Assembly (NCBI RefSeq): GCF_018350175.1
Contig: NC_058383.1
Location: 21,144,001 to 21,208,000, forward strand
DNA length: 64,000 bases
DNA from: Felis catus
Taxonomy: Eukaryota
Reading direction: 5' to 3'
The notes under the pieces were generated by a model, which had not been told where the DNA came from, searched no databases, and worked only from the letters and a program-made list of their open reading frames with translations. Position 1 is the first letter of the stretch. Each line of letters starts with the position of its first letter. A program made the translations under genes and the position numbers. This document shows positions 40,696-54,525 of the stretch, one piece after another.

Positions 40696-40910
40696 TTTTT
40701 TTTTTTTTCTTAATGTTTATTTTTGAGACAGAGAGAAACAGAGAGTGGGGGTGGGGGGGGCAGACAGAGAGGGGGACACAGAATCCGAAGCAGGCTCCAG
40801 GCTCTGAGCTGTCAGCACAGAGCCCAACACGGGGCAAGAACTCTTGAACTGTGAGATCATGACCTGAGCCAGAGTCGGACGCTTAAGCGACTGGGCCGCC
40901 CAGGCACCCC
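40696..40910 (-). mobile_element. CanSINE
   Basis: Reverse SINE. Confidence 0.9.
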
Positions 40911-42619
40911 GAGCAAACGTGTCTTAATCAAGGTTCTTTGTGTCATCTCAAACTTAAAAAAAAAGGACATGATAATACGGGGCATGGCTTGGAACTGAAG
41001 GTTAGAGAGTACAGCCAGAGCTCCCAACAAGCGACAGAAGCAGAAGCTGGGAAGAAGTCAGAAACCCGCCCAGCCTTTTCTCTCTCTCCCTGTCTCTCCC
41101 GCCGCCCCCCTCCCCTGCAACCCTTCTCACCCTGCCTCCTTCTCACCCTTCCTCACTCCCTTTCTGGGGCCAGATGGCCTGTCATCTCTGCTTCCATCTC
41201 TGCTTTATTCCCTCTCTCAGACTAGCTTTGGCTGAGTCGGAGAGTTAATGGCCAACTGTGGCTGCCCCGCAACTCCCAAATTTGCATGTTCTCCTTTCAC
41301 AATAACCAGCTGAAAATCAATCACATTTCGAATCCCAATTCCAAAGTCCTAAGAGGAAGAATATCACTGGTCTTTTGAACCTCACAGCTCCATTGAAGGT
41401 CAAGTGTCCACTCCTCGTTCAACGAGCTGTGGCCGGGGGAGTGGGGGGCAGGAAGGGGTGGTTCAAAAATGGCTCCCCCACATCCCTGCAGGGTGGGGAC
41501 AGACGTTCTCCAGGAAGAGGGCATAGCAGCTGCGATGGCCTTTACCCTTGGAACTAGACCTCAATCACAGTTAATCTTGGAAAATTCCCTTCCACTTGTG
41601 GCCAATACTCTGAGATTTCCTTAATTTATTGGCTAAGCTTATTTTCATCTCTTCTACTGGGTATTTCTCTAACTCAGGGAGGAAAACAGACCCTCTAAAG
41701 TAAGTTCCCGAAATCAAATACTTTCATAACAGCAGATCTCCATGCTAGTGGGATGCATGGAGAGGGAGAGAGGTCATGAGAGCTCAGGGCAAGGCAGTTC
41801 AGGAGATGCACTGTTCTAGTCCTAAAAAATGAGGTTGGCTGATTGAACTTAACCACAGATTACAGGCTCTAGTAAGTCTCCATCGAGAAAGAGTGGGTCT
41901 GTCAAAAGCCCAGATAGATGTACAGGCCCTAAATGAGGCAAGATAGAAAAAAAGATATTTCTCAATGAAGTATCAAATTCCCAAGTATGCCAGAGTCTTC
42001 AGAAATACAGAATGAGTCTAACATAAAAACTTTACATATCTTCCTTCAGGCAGATGAATTTTGAATTTATATCCACTGAGAATAATAATAAAGAAAAATC
42101 TGCACGGAGCAGAGGGTGACGTCTTTATTGTATGTGCTGGGAGACGCCCAGATATAAGGCTGTTCATCAACCAACAGGTACGGTGCTGCAGGGTTGAGGG
42201 CAGACTCGGACAAATCTAGGGTCCGACTCCACAGCGTAGGTGAGCTAACTTCTTCAAAACTTATTTTCATCATTTATGAAAGGGGGCAATGGTGGAATGC
42301 ATACTTCAAAGGTAGTATTGTAGAAAGTGAGAATGTGAGTATAAAGTATGGGCCACCATACCTGCTAGACAGTTAGTGCTTAATGAATGCACGAGGAATG
42401 AGTAAAACATCAAGATTCATCTTTTAATGACTCTCCAAGCCCCTCAGCCTGGTATACAGCCTGCTTCAAGACCTGCCTATTTTTCTAGCCTTACTTCCTC
42501 ACTTCCTTATAGTTTATACTCGAGTAATAACACAGTACATAATGGCACCTTGATTACATGATGTTCCTTCCTGATTTTGCACCTTCACCCAGGCCATTCA
42601 CTATGCTTGAGCAACTGAG

Positions 42620-44187
42620 TGGAGACTAACCTACCAGGTATCAAAATATGCCATACAGCTCCTAGACAACTTGATATTGGTGAAAAAATCAACACGATTC
42701 AATAATGTCTCATAACAGATCCATGTACGTATAGTTACATAGCGATACAGTTTGAGTTAGAGGGGACACTTTATACTCCATTCGTGGTATTGGGACAACT
42801 ATATATCCTTTTGAGATAAAAAAGTTAAATTCTTATCACATCTCACACACACGTACACATTACATATAAATATAGATCCCAGATAGACAAAAGTACAGCA
42901 TGAAAAATAAAGCTTTTAAGATAGTAGATGAAAATGCAAGAGAATATGTTTATCTTCTTGGAATATAGAATATACCTGTGGAGATATTGTGTCCATATTC
43001 TTGGAATCCAGAATCCCTTCCTTGACAAAACATAAAGCCCAATGCCCTTAAGGAAAGATTTACTGTTTCGACTGCATAAAATTAAAAACTTCTTAAAGAC
43101 AAAGGAGAACATAAACAAGATAAAAAGACCAGCAAGAGCCTTAGAGAAGAACTTCCATAAAAATCATTTCAATAGAGAAATCAGAGGGGTGCCTGGGTGG
43201 CTCAGTCGGTTAAGCAGCCGACTTCAGCTCAGGTCATGATCTCATGGTTCGTGGGTTCGAGCCCCGCGTCGGGCTCTGTGCTGACAGCTCAGAGCCTGGA
43301 GCCTGTTTCGGAGTCTGTGTCTCCCTCTCTCTCTGCCCCTCCCCAACTTGTCTCCCAAAAATGAATAAACATTAAAAAAACTTTTTTTTAAAGAAAAAAA
43401 GAAGTCTATCTATGAGAGAAATGAAAAGACATTTGAGACATTTTTAAAAAAATGTTTTATTTATTTTATTTTGAGAGGGGGTGGGCAGGAGAGACGGAGA
43501 GAGAGAGAATCTGAAGCAAGCTCCACATTGTCAGCACAGAGCCCAACGCAAGGGCTTAATCCCACAAACCATGAGATCATGACCTGAGCCAAAATCAAGA
43601 GTCAGATGCTGGGCGACTGAGGCACCCAGTTGCCCCAGAGGCATTTTTTAAAAAATCAAAGAGCAAAGAATACGTACACCTCCATTTCTAGCCAAAATGG
43701 AATACCAGAACCCAGATTTACCCTCCCATCTGAAACAACCAAAAAAGTGGACTTAATCTACGAAACAATAATTTGTAGGAGATTGGATACTACTAAGCAG
43801 TGAAGAACAGTGAACCCGAGAGACAGGAAACAAAGGAGGTAAGAACTTGCATTAACACAGAACTTAGAGGGGTAAATCAGAGAAGAAGAAATGTCTCATC
43901 GATGACCTTAACTTCCACCTTCAAAAAACTAGAGTAAGAAGAGTGGATTATATCCAAAGTAACCCCATAAGAAAAGAACTCATGGAAATCAAAGTAAGGG
44001 TTGCCTGGATGGCTCAGTTGCTTGAGCACCTGATTCTTGATTTGGGCTCAGGTCATGACCCCAGTGTCATGGGATCAAGCCCCACATTGGGCTCTGCACT
44101 GAGCCTGGAGCCTGGAGCCTGCTTAAAATTCTCTCTCCTTTGGCCCCTCTCCACTGCTCACGTGCTCTCGCTCTCTCTCTCATATTT

Positions 44188-44218
<31 letters not shown>

Positions 44219-44275
44219 GGCAGGAAGGAAAGAAAAAAGAAGAGAGAGAAAGAAAGAAAAAGAAAGAGAAAAAAA

Positions 44276-44311
<36 letters not shown>

Positions 44312-47300
44312 ATCAAAGTAAATATCAGTGACCCAGAAAACAGAACAATAGGGGGGGAAAAAGCAATGGAACCAAAACCTCGTTCCTTGAAAAGAGAAAT
44401 AAAATGGCAGATTGGGGGCAGGGAGTGGGGATGGGGCAGATAGAAAACAAGTTAACATCAGGAGTGAGAGAAGTTAAATTATTACAGAATCTACAGATAT
44501 TAAAAGAATAATTATGAAAATATGATGAACAACCTTATGCCAAAAAATATCACTGCTTAAATGAAACTGGCAAATTCCTTGAAAAACAAATCGCCAAAGC
44601 TTACTTAAAAAGAAATCGGTATCCTAAGTCTTTCTAAATCTGTGAAAGGAAGTGTAACTGTAGTTAGAAATCTTCCCACAGAGAAAATGTCAGGTCCAAG
44701 TGTCTTCCGCAGTAAATTCTACTGAAAATGTAAGAGAAAGTAATAGCAAGTCTACACAAACTTCTTCAGAAAATTAGAGGTTGGCATACTGCACAACTCA
44801 TTCTGAGGCCATCACTATACTGATGGCAAAACCAGGTAACGACATTACTAGAAAAACCAACAGACCAATATCGTTAATGGACATAGATGCAAAGATCATT
44901 AACAAAATTTCAGTAAATTGAATTCAACAATATATAAATGAGATAATACATCATGACCAAATGGAGTTTTCCCAGGAAGACAGATTAACTTAACACCAAA
45001 AAATCAATTTATGCTAAAAATATATATATCAATCTATGCAATTCACAATATCAACAAACTAAGAGGGAAAACAACATACGATCATTTCAATAGGAAAATG
45101 CATTTGACAAAACCCAGGATTCATTCCTGATTAAAAAAAATAATAAAGAACTTTCAACAAACTAGAAATAGAATGGAACTTTCTTAACTTGATTAAGGGC
45201 ATCTACTAAAAATCTACAGGTAGCATCATATGTAATGGTTAAAAAATGGAATGTTTGCAGGGCTCCTGGCTGGCTCAGTTGATGGAGTGTGCAACCCTTG
45301 ATCTTGGGGTTGCGAGTTCGAGCTCCACATCGGGTGTCGACATTACTTTAAAAAATAAAATCTTGAAAAAAAAATAGAATGTTTTCCTTCTAAGATAAAG
45401 AGGAAGACAAATGCATCTGCTCCCATGACTTCTATTCAACAATGAAGTAAAAGCTCTACCCAGTATAATCAGTCAAGGAAAAGGGCATTGAGGTTGTAAA
45501 AGAAACATTACACCTGCCCTTCTTCACAGATGACATGATTGATTATGTAGGAAATTTCACAGAATGAAGAGAAAAGCTACTGGATCTGAACAAGCGTGTT
45601 TGGCAAGATTGCAGGACGTAAGATCCATGATAACAATCATGTGTATTTGGATTACTAGCAATAGACAATTGGCAACGGATAGCCTTTATAAATCAAGAAA
45701 TATGAACTACTTAAGGATACATTTGAAAAAGAAAAAGAAGTGAGAAGCCTAGACACCGAACAATGCAAATCATGGCTGAGAGAAATTAAAGAAAACTTAC
45801 ATGAAGAGACATATGGTGTTTATGGGTCAGAAGATTCAGTACATTCCAGATATCAGTTCTTCTACAATTTTCCATAGATTCTATTCAGTCCCATTAAAAA
45901 TTTTTTTTTAATGTTTTATTTTACTTTTGAGACAGAGAGAGACAGAGCATGAGCGGGGGAGGGTTAGAGAGAGAGGGAGACACAGAATCCGAAGCAGGCT
46001 CCAGGCTCTGAGCTGTCAGCACAGAGCCCGACGTGGGGCTCGAACTCACAGAGGGTGAGATCGTGACCTGAGCCGAAGTCGGAAGCTCAACCAACTGAGC
46101 CACCCAGGTGCCCCAATTCAATCCCATTTAAAAATCCCCAGCAGGATTTTTATGTAGGAATCAACCAACTGATTCTATAATTTATATGGAAATTGTTATT
46201 AATTTATATGGAAAGAACTTCAAATAGCCGGAACAACATTGAAAAAGTTAACTACAGCTGGACGAAAGGTAACAGTACCTAATTTCAAAACTTATTATAA
46301 AGCCTCAATAATTCGGATAGAATGGTATTGGTGTAGATCAATGGAACAAAACAGAGTCCTGATTTTCAACCAAGTTACAAGAGCAATCTAGTGGATAAAG
46401 GATTGTCTTTCCAACAAATGGTACTGGAACAATTTGATATCCATACACAGAAACTAATATTCATAAAATCGAATAAATTGTGATATGTACCTCACACCAT
46501 ATACAAAAATTAACTCAAAACGATTACAGACTTAAATATAAAATGTAAAACTATAAAACTCCCAGAACAATAATCATAGGTGAAAACTTTTGTGACCTCG
46601 ATTTACACAGAGATTCCTTGGATCCCACAGCAAAAGCATGACCCATGTAAAAACAAATTGATAAATTGGGCATCATCAAAATTGAAAATTTCTGTTCTTC
46701 GAGGAAACCGTTTAAGACAATGGAAAAGCAAGCCAAAGCATGGGAGAAGTATTTGCAAATCAATTATCAGTGATAAAGGACTCTGTTCAGAATGGGTAAA
46801 GAATTTTCAAAACTCAGTAGTTTTTAAAAACTGATTTTTTTTTTAACTGAGCAAAAGATTTGAATGGCCCCTTCACCAAGGGAGACAGAGAGATGGAAAA
46901 CAAGCAAATGAAAAGATGCTCAACATTAGTCATAGAAGAAATGCAAAGGAATACCACAGCGAGGGCCCTTACACGCCTAACAGAATGGCTGAAATTAAAA
47001 GGGTAAAGATACCAAGTGTTGGTAAGGATGCAGAGGAATTACTGGTGGGAATGAAAATGGTACAAGCACCTTGGGAAACACTTCGTCAGTTTCTTAAGAA
47101 GTCAAACGTATACCTATCACATGTTCCAGCCATTCCAGGCCTAGGTATTTAAAGGAAAAAGGAGGGGCACCTAGGTGGCTCAGTAGGTTAAGCGTCTGAT
47201 TTTGGTTCAGGTCACGATCCCACGGCTCATGGGTTCGAGCCTTGCGTTGGGCTCTGTGCTGACAGCTCGGAGCCTGGAGCCTGCTTCCGATTCTGTGTCT

Positions 47301-47900
47301 CCCTCTCTCTCTGCCCTTCTCCCGCTCACTCTCTCTCTCAAAAATAAATAACATTTAAAAAATTTTTAAGAAAAAAAATAAGGAAAGTGTATATCCTTAC
47401 AAAGACTTACACACAAATGATCATAGGAGCTTCGTTTGTAATAGCCCCAGACCGGAAACAACCCAAATGTCCTTCAGTAGGTGACTGGATAAGGAAATGC
47501 AGATATCCACACAATGCAGCAATAAAAAGTAATGAATGACTAATACATAGGCGACAAGTGCATGTTGAGTGAAACTCAAAATAATTATGCTGAGTGCCAG
47601 AAACCAGACAGGCACACATACTGTTTAATTCCATTTCAACAAATTCTACGAAATGCAAACTAATGTGTAGTGAGAGTGCACATCAGTGGTTGCCCGGGGA
47701 GAAGTGGGTTGGGGTGAGGGGCAAGAGGGAGGGACTACAAAAGGGCCCGTGGAAACATCGAAGGATGATGGGTATGTTCATTCTCTTGATTGTGGTGATG
47801 GATTCACAGATGTATGCAAATGTCAAAATTTACCAAATCGCACACTTTAAATACGTACCGATTATCATGGGTCACTTATTCCTCAATAAAATTGTTTCAA
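42620..47900 (+). mobile_element. Long decayed L1M ORF2/3' UTR region interrupted by six CanSINEs (about 43186+, 43445-, 43998+, 45258+, 45901-, 47164+) and a (GAAA)n tract
   Basis: L1 ORF2 relics such as ACAGACCAATATCG..ATGGACATAGATGCAAA, CACAGATGACATGATT (RT FxDD region) and CCATATACAAAAATTAACTCAAA. Confidence 0.85.
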
Positions 47901-48996
47901 AAACAATATATAGATTATTGAAATGTGTGTGGGTGTGTCTGTGTGTGTTTCAAAATGAAAAGGGCTGGAAGAATCCACATCAAACTGTGAACAATGATCA
48001 CCTCTGGGGATAGAGTGCCCTCAAAGGTAGAGGTATTTGAATGAAGACTCAACATTATGGATACAATGGGATCATTTAAATCTTTTACAAGAAGAATGTA
48101 TTCACGAATTACCCATGTAGTTTTCATCATTAACAATTTAAAAAATATAGCCAAAGGCGACAGCAAGCTACATCAACCGCCACTAAATAAAACCTTTCTG
48201 GCTTTCGGTCAAAAGATAAATGGAAGCATAAAGGTTGTCATCTCCATCTTCCTCTTGGTGAAAGCAGGCATTTGGGAGCTGAGATGCAAATCCTTCCCTT
48301 TAGAAAGATCTTGAAAGTGAAGAGTTATTTTATAAAGCGTCTTAGAGTGCTATTCTCCATAAAGCTATGACAGCATTTATAAAGCATTAGTAAGTGTGCA
48401 TCCTTATTTCTAATATTTGGAGATGGGGTGTGGAAAGAATCCAGTGAGAAAAGTATATTGAAAGGAGGAGCAGGAAAGGGGGAGCAGGAAAGAGGAGGAG
48501 GAGGAGGAGGAGGGGGTGGATGATGGTCGTGTGGGCCACAATAATGATAATGATGAAGGAGGAGGAGGAGAAGAAAACAAGGAGGAAATCAGTATATTGT
48601 GTGGTAGTGATGGGGGTTCGGGTGAGATCAATTTCATGTATCTTTCACTATCTGTTGTAGGTTAGCTTCTGACATTACAGGGCATTGCTACAGTAAACAA
48701 GGGGCAACGGAGGTCCATGCGTTTTGGGCAGGAGGCTCAAAAGGCTGGACACTTGGACTCGGCTGAAGACAACTCAAAAACTCCATCCTAAAATGGGTTT
48801 TAATTCTCAGGAACCCACCCACCTTAGCCATACCACCATTGGGATTTGCAGATAAAGCCCATTATAGCCTGATCCTACTCTGACCACCACCCGCACAAAA
48901 CAGCACAAGTCGTGACTCACTTGCAACACCATAGTGTTTCCTAAAACTTGTCTTTCTTTATCACATGCCTCATATATTGCCTACAACTGTTTATTC

Positions 48997-49180
48997 AGGG
49001 GCGTCTGGGTGGCTTAGTCGTTTGAGGGACCAACTCTTGATTTCGACCCAGGTTATGACCTCACGGTTCGTGGGATGGAGCCCACGTGGGGCTCTGTTGA
49101 TAACGGGGAGTCTGCTTAAGATTCTCTGTCTCTCTGCCTCCCTCCCTTAGCATTCTCTCTCTCTTAAAGTAAATAAGCCA
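48997..49180 (+). mobile_element. CanSINE (diverged)
   Basis: SINE head and body. Confidence 0.8.
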
Positions 49181-49399
49181 AAGGGGGCGGGGGGGTGGGG
49201 GAGGAAGGACGGTTTATTCAAAGCCATGGTTACTAATCTACTATTATTTGTACTCAATCTTTGCTGGTAATTAACAATAATGATTATAACTAAAGCATAT
49301 AATACATGTAACTAATAATAACAATTATAAATAAAAATGCAAACGATGATCGTAACTAACACATAGCGAAGACTGGCTATATAATCTATATCTATATAT

Positions 49400-49570
49400 A
49401 TGTATAATCATTTGACCTATATAATCCGTTCTAGAAGTATTATTTGTGCCCTTTTACAGATTAGGAAAATGAGACTTTGAGAAATTAAGTAATTAGTCCA
49501 ATGCCACACAGCTAAAAAGAGGCAGGGCCAGGATTTGAACTCAGTATGCCCCCTACGTGACTCCAAAGGA
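49400..49570 (-). mobile_element. MIR
   Basis: TTTTACAGATTAGGAAAATGAG..GGATTTGAACTCAG. Confidence 0.75.
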
Positions 49571-50545
49571 AAGGCTGGTTTGTGAGGACAAGACAAAGAT
49601 GCAAAGACAGATTCCAACAGTCAGGCACTCGAGCTGGGGCACGTCCGGAGTGGTCAGTTGAGGCTTGTGCCCCAAACTGCAGGTGGCATGGATCCAGGTA
49701 ACAAGTACACAGCCCCAGGAGCAAGAATGAGTTGACAATGAGCCAATGGCCTTGGGCGCTAAACTCCTACTCAACATTTCATGGGCAAAGCTGACCTTAA
49801 GAGTCTGAGCAAAAATAAGCCAATGAGAAGAAACTGGAATGATTAATTGGATGAGAAGAAAGGAGGATGGGTATGGTAGCAGGCTAGTGACAAGAAGGCG
49901 GTAGGTGGGATGGCATTTTGAGAAAAACCCAGCATCCTGGCAACTATCACCAGAGTTTATGTAAGCAAGCCCCGAGGGCCCACTTAGCTGACCTACAAGT
50001 ATAATTGTGAATCCCTGTTTGGAAATGAAACGCAAGCCGTAGAGATAAACAAGGTCACCAAGAAAGGTCACAAGAACAATAGGCAAGTAACATGAAAGAT
50101 GTAGTTTTTCCATCTTCAAGTATATCTAAACTCTACTCACAGATGTCTAGACAGTCGTGGCCCCAGCTTACAAACCTCTGGTTTAGACGCGCAGCAATGC
50201 AGAACGCTCCACGACCTTAGTTCTGAGACGAAGCCTGAAACGGAACCTATTCACTGAGCTCCTTGAGGTTAAAGCGAGGGTAAAGGTCGTATTCATCCTT
50301 ACACATGGTGCCAGGCTGTCCCCTGGAGTATGGTAGGGACATAATAAACGCACAGGTATTCACGCATTGTTCGAGATGCTAGTAGGCTGTGAACGGGTTA
50401 CCAGAACTTTGAGTTTTACGCAGGACCAGAGTTTGGATCATCAGCATCCGGCAGCCACCAGAGAAATGTCAAAATCTGCATGGGAGGTGGAGGTGGGGGC
50501 AAGAGAAAAGGAAGGGGAGAGAGATCTCAAGTCTACATGAACACA

Positions 50546-50780
50546 GGGGCGCCTGGGTGGCTCAGTCGGTCAAGCGTCCAACTTCAGTCAGGTCGTGATC
50601 TCGTGGTCCGTGAGTTCGAGCCCCGCGTCGGGCTCTGCGCTGACAGCTCGGAGCCTGGAGCCTGTTTCAGATTCTGTGTCTCCCTCTCTCTCTGCCCCTC
50701 CCCCGTTCATGCTCTGTCTCTCTCTGTCCCAAAAATAAATAAACGTTGAAAAAAAAAAATAAAAATAAAATAAAATAATA
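50546..50780 (+). mobile_element. CanSINE, young-type body
   Basis: CpG-rich body and long A-tail. Confidence 0.93.
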
Positions 50781-51550
50781 AAGTCTAGATGATTACAGAA
50801 AACAAAGTACTAGGAGGTGGCGGGATACTAGAGTCACTCAGGATAACCCTTTGCTCACATCTCCAGAAAACTCCATGCCCCTTCCTTATGCACAAGCCTT
50901 CGTGTGACTGAAGCACAAATTTCTCTACCACTTCCAGTGGCCCCGAAGAAACAGATCTCTCCCCTTAAAAAGCCCCTGCGGGCGTCCACTGGGAGGTGTA
51001 ACTCTCTGATTCGATCCTCAGCAGGAGTGACTGGCATTGTCAGTCCCGCTGGCCCGCGGTCACGGGTCTCTCCCCCAGACCACTCCCCCTCAGTGGTCTT
51101 GAAAGTGCCTTGTTTGCTCCGAGATGAGCTCCCACCATGCACAGGAAGCCACTGCTCCAGAACCTTCATGCAAATTATTCACAGTAGTAAACAGGCTTCA
51201 CACCAAGTGCGTTGTTTGCCTTTCCCGGGTAGAAAGCACATTCTTGCCACACTTCGGTGGCCCTGGGCCCACGAGGCACACTTCTTCACGGTGCCCTCTA
51301 ACTGCGTGGGGAGCACCGAAGTGGTAATTACCTCAGAAAGTGCTCTTTTCCGTGTATTTGGCTGCAGAAAAATAACACTCTGCCTCTCTTTCCATGCGTC
51401 TCACGGAATTATGTAAATAGACCCAAAGCAAACCAGTTTAAATGATTATAAAATGGATTTCTAAGTGATATCTGTTACTAGACGAGAATACTAAAAAACC
51501 TCGCTCTTTCTCAGCCACCAAGATGAAAGAATAAAAAATTTAGTAAGAGA

Positions 51551-51613
51551 GGGGCGCCTGGGTGGCCTCAGTTGGTCAAGCCTCGGGCTTCAGCTCAGGT
51601 CACGATCTCACGG
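51551..51613 (+). mobile_element. CanSINE 5' head only (3'-truncated)
   Basis: GGGGCGCCTGGGTGG...GGTCACGATCTCACGGT followed by unrelated sequence. Confidence 0.8.
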
Positions 51614-51869
51614 TAAAGGAGTAATAGTAGTAAAATGATCTCTGGTGGATCGTGCCTCGTGAGTAAGGAACTCCCGGGGCTTTGCCCAGGTGGAAGGGAC
51701 AAATGTCTTGCCCAAGTATAGAGGAGGGATCGCTTCCCAGGGCTCTGGCTGCATTTTGGAAAACAACCGAGGGAAGAAAATAGATACGGAGAATGTAAAA
51801 GGGACTCGCCGAACGCAAGAGGGGTCCCCAAACTTTGGCACCTATAAAATCACAATGGAAGGCCGTGGA

Positions 51870-51973
51870 AACGGATTCCGGATTCAGCAAGTCTGACCGG
51901 AGCCCAGAAATTTTCAAGTTCCCAAGTGACGTTGCTGCTGATAGTGGATAAGGCCACACTTTGAGTAACACTG
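51870..51973 (+). mobile_element. MER5-like hAT fragment
   Basis: GATTC..GATTCAG..AAGTTCCCAAGTGA..CCACACTTTGAGTAACACTG terminus. Confidence 0.6.
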
Positions 51974-53138
51974 GCTTGGAGGAAACAGGGACACATGTCA
52001 GCCCAGCACTGGCAAGCCCCTCGCTTGCTCTGCTGCTCTCCCCAGCTACTGGGCTGTGAGCTACGCATGGGGCTCTGCCTCTCCAACTGGCGTGTCAAAC
52101 AGTGGTTATTCCCACAGGTGGGCGTCTGGCCAGTCCCGATCCACAGGGATTCTTTCCTTCCTTCCAAGATCTTAGCTACCAAGGGCCGTGCAATTCTGAA
52201 GCCACGCACGTCTGTCTTTACGGCTAATTGGGGAGAGACTGCCTCAAATACAGAGGCAGAGAAATAGAAAGGAGATACAATACAATACAATACAATACAA
52301 TACAGAGAAAAAGAAAGGAGGCAGAAAAGGAGAGAGGAAAACCTGACAATACTGTCTAAATCCCTGGATCTTTAACTCGTAGACCCAAAGGACTTGGCCA
52401 GGGAGTCCAGAAATCCGCCCCCACCCCGCCTTTTTCAACGGACGCCAGTTTGAGCCGGTGATTCTGTCGCTCCGAACAGCAAGATTCCTGGTTACTATGC
52501 GTTCCTTCCAACGGCTGCGGAGGCATCATCAACTTCACAACTCTGCTGAGGACCCCGGCAGTGAGGAAAAAGAGGCCAGGTACACGGACTCAGGCGCCTG
52601 ACCGAGTCCAGCCTGGCCCAGCTCAGTTAGTGCTACGCGCGAAATTGCCGCCCCCCCTGCTTCTCGAAGCCACGTGAGCTGCCGAATGGCTCTCCTTAAA
52701 AGGGCACCCCTATTTGCCTCGCTGGGGGTGCCATTTCCTCCCGGGGTCACTCCTCCACAACGCCTCCATCCTTCAGGTGGTGGGGGGTGAGAGGCCAGGG
52801 TGCCGCCGTCACGTGCTCTGGGGACTATGGCAGGAAGCAACCGCAAGCTCATCTATTCAGGTAGATCTGACTCAGCCAGTTCTGCAGAAACCAATCGTTT
52901 CCACCAGACTCACCCCCGGAGGCGTGCGCTGAGTTACCTGGGAATTACCTCTCTGCCAGAACATCCTCCCAGGTAAGACGCTCCTAATTTTACCTGTACA
53001 CGCCAACCCTGCATCCAATTCCCAACATCAAAGTGGGGGTGTCCTTATGTTTCTGTTCTCGCACGTCAGTGTTGGGGAAAAGTTCCGTGTGCTGCCTGCT
53101 ATTATTTACATTGACTAAGCTACCTCCTCAGCTGTTAC

Positions 53139-53377
53139 TTTTTTTTTTTAAGTTTATTTATTTATTTCTGAAACAGAGAGAGAGAGGGAGAGAGGGAGAG
53201 AGCACGCTTGGGCGCACAAGTTGGGGAGGGGCAGAGAGAGGGAGACAGAATCGGAAGCAGGCTCCAGATTCCAAGCTGTCAGCACAGAGCCTGGCGTGGG
53301 GCTCGAACCCACAAACCGTGAGATCGTGACCTGAGTCGAAGTCAGACGCTCAACTGACTGAGCCACCCAGGCGTCCC
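53139..53377 (-). mobile_element. CanSINE
   Basis: Reverse SINE flanked by CTGTTACT on both sides. Confidence 0.9.
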
Positions 53378-54082
53378 TGGACTGTTACTCTTGAAATAGC
53401 AACTCCTTCCTCTCTGCCCCTCCTACTTATATTCCTTTCATGGAATTTCTTCTGATCTTTACCATAAAATATGAGTCCGTGAACAGCATCGTTGCCTCTC
53501 CCTCTCAAACTCCTTTCATCCTGTTCTGGCCTCCCTGCCATAGTCCAAGTTCTTAACCGGTTTTCCAGAACAGATCAACCTCATCACACTCTTTTGGAGC
53601 CTTATTCCTGAATCAAGACGATAATCTTCACCCTGTATATCAATTTTCTTAGCTTTTAAGGTTGTTCCTGGCCAATGTGTGGTGGTTAAATGTGTGGGCT
53701 CTGAAAGCAAGCTTTCAGGGTTCAGTACCCACCTTTACCCCTGACTCATTACTTAATTTCTCTGGGTTTCCATTTCTTCGTCGGTAGATAATTCTAGTGA
53801 CCACTTGGTGGGTCTGTTGTGAGCACTAAGTAACAGTGGAAGGAAGCATTCAATACAACTCCAGGCACCTAAGTAGCATTCCACAAATATTAGTTCCTAT
53901 TATTAGTTCAGGGACATGAGGGAGATCTCACTTCCCTTATCAATGAGGCAGAAAGAAATGCTTAATTATCACTCTTCACACTGTGTTGGAATCTTTGATC
54001 TGACACTACAGTGTTGAGGTTACTTTCCATCCTTTCTTTTTTACTCAGCCTGACACATTGTAGGGGCTCGAGAAATGTGTTC

Positions 54083-54525
54083 GGACCACCTGGGGTTAAG
54101 CGACTGACTCAATTTCGGCTCAGACCATGATCTCACGGTTTGTGAGTTCAAGCCCCACATCAGACTCCACACTGACAGTGAAGAGCCTGCTTGAGATTCT
54201 CTCTGTCCCTCTCCTACTCTCTCGCTCCTTCTCCCTCTGCACCTGCCCCCCCATTCTCTCTCAAAATAAGTAAAAAGAATGTGTTAGGGACACCTGGGTG
54301 GCTCAGTCGGTTAAGCGTCTCACTTTGGTTCAGGTCATGATCTCACAGTTCACGAGTTCAGACCCCGCGTCGGGCTCTGTGCTGACAGCTCAGAGCCCGG
54401 AGCCTTCTTCAGATTCTGTGTCTCCCTCTCTCTCTGCCCCTCCCCTACTCATGCTCCATCTGTCTGTCTATCTGTCTCTCTCTCAAAAATAAATAAACAT
54501 TAGAAAAATAAAAAAGAAATAAAAG
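54083..54525 (+). mobile_element. Two tandem CanSINEs (starts at about 54083 and 54287)
   Basis: Two SINE bodies; GAATGTGTT flanks the second on both sides. Confidence 0.88.

Noticed and set aside
49553..51416. 188-aa (-) and 170-aa (+) ORFs in semi-unique DNA
   Set aside because: Non-ATG starts, no domain signature, and the first runs into a MIR.
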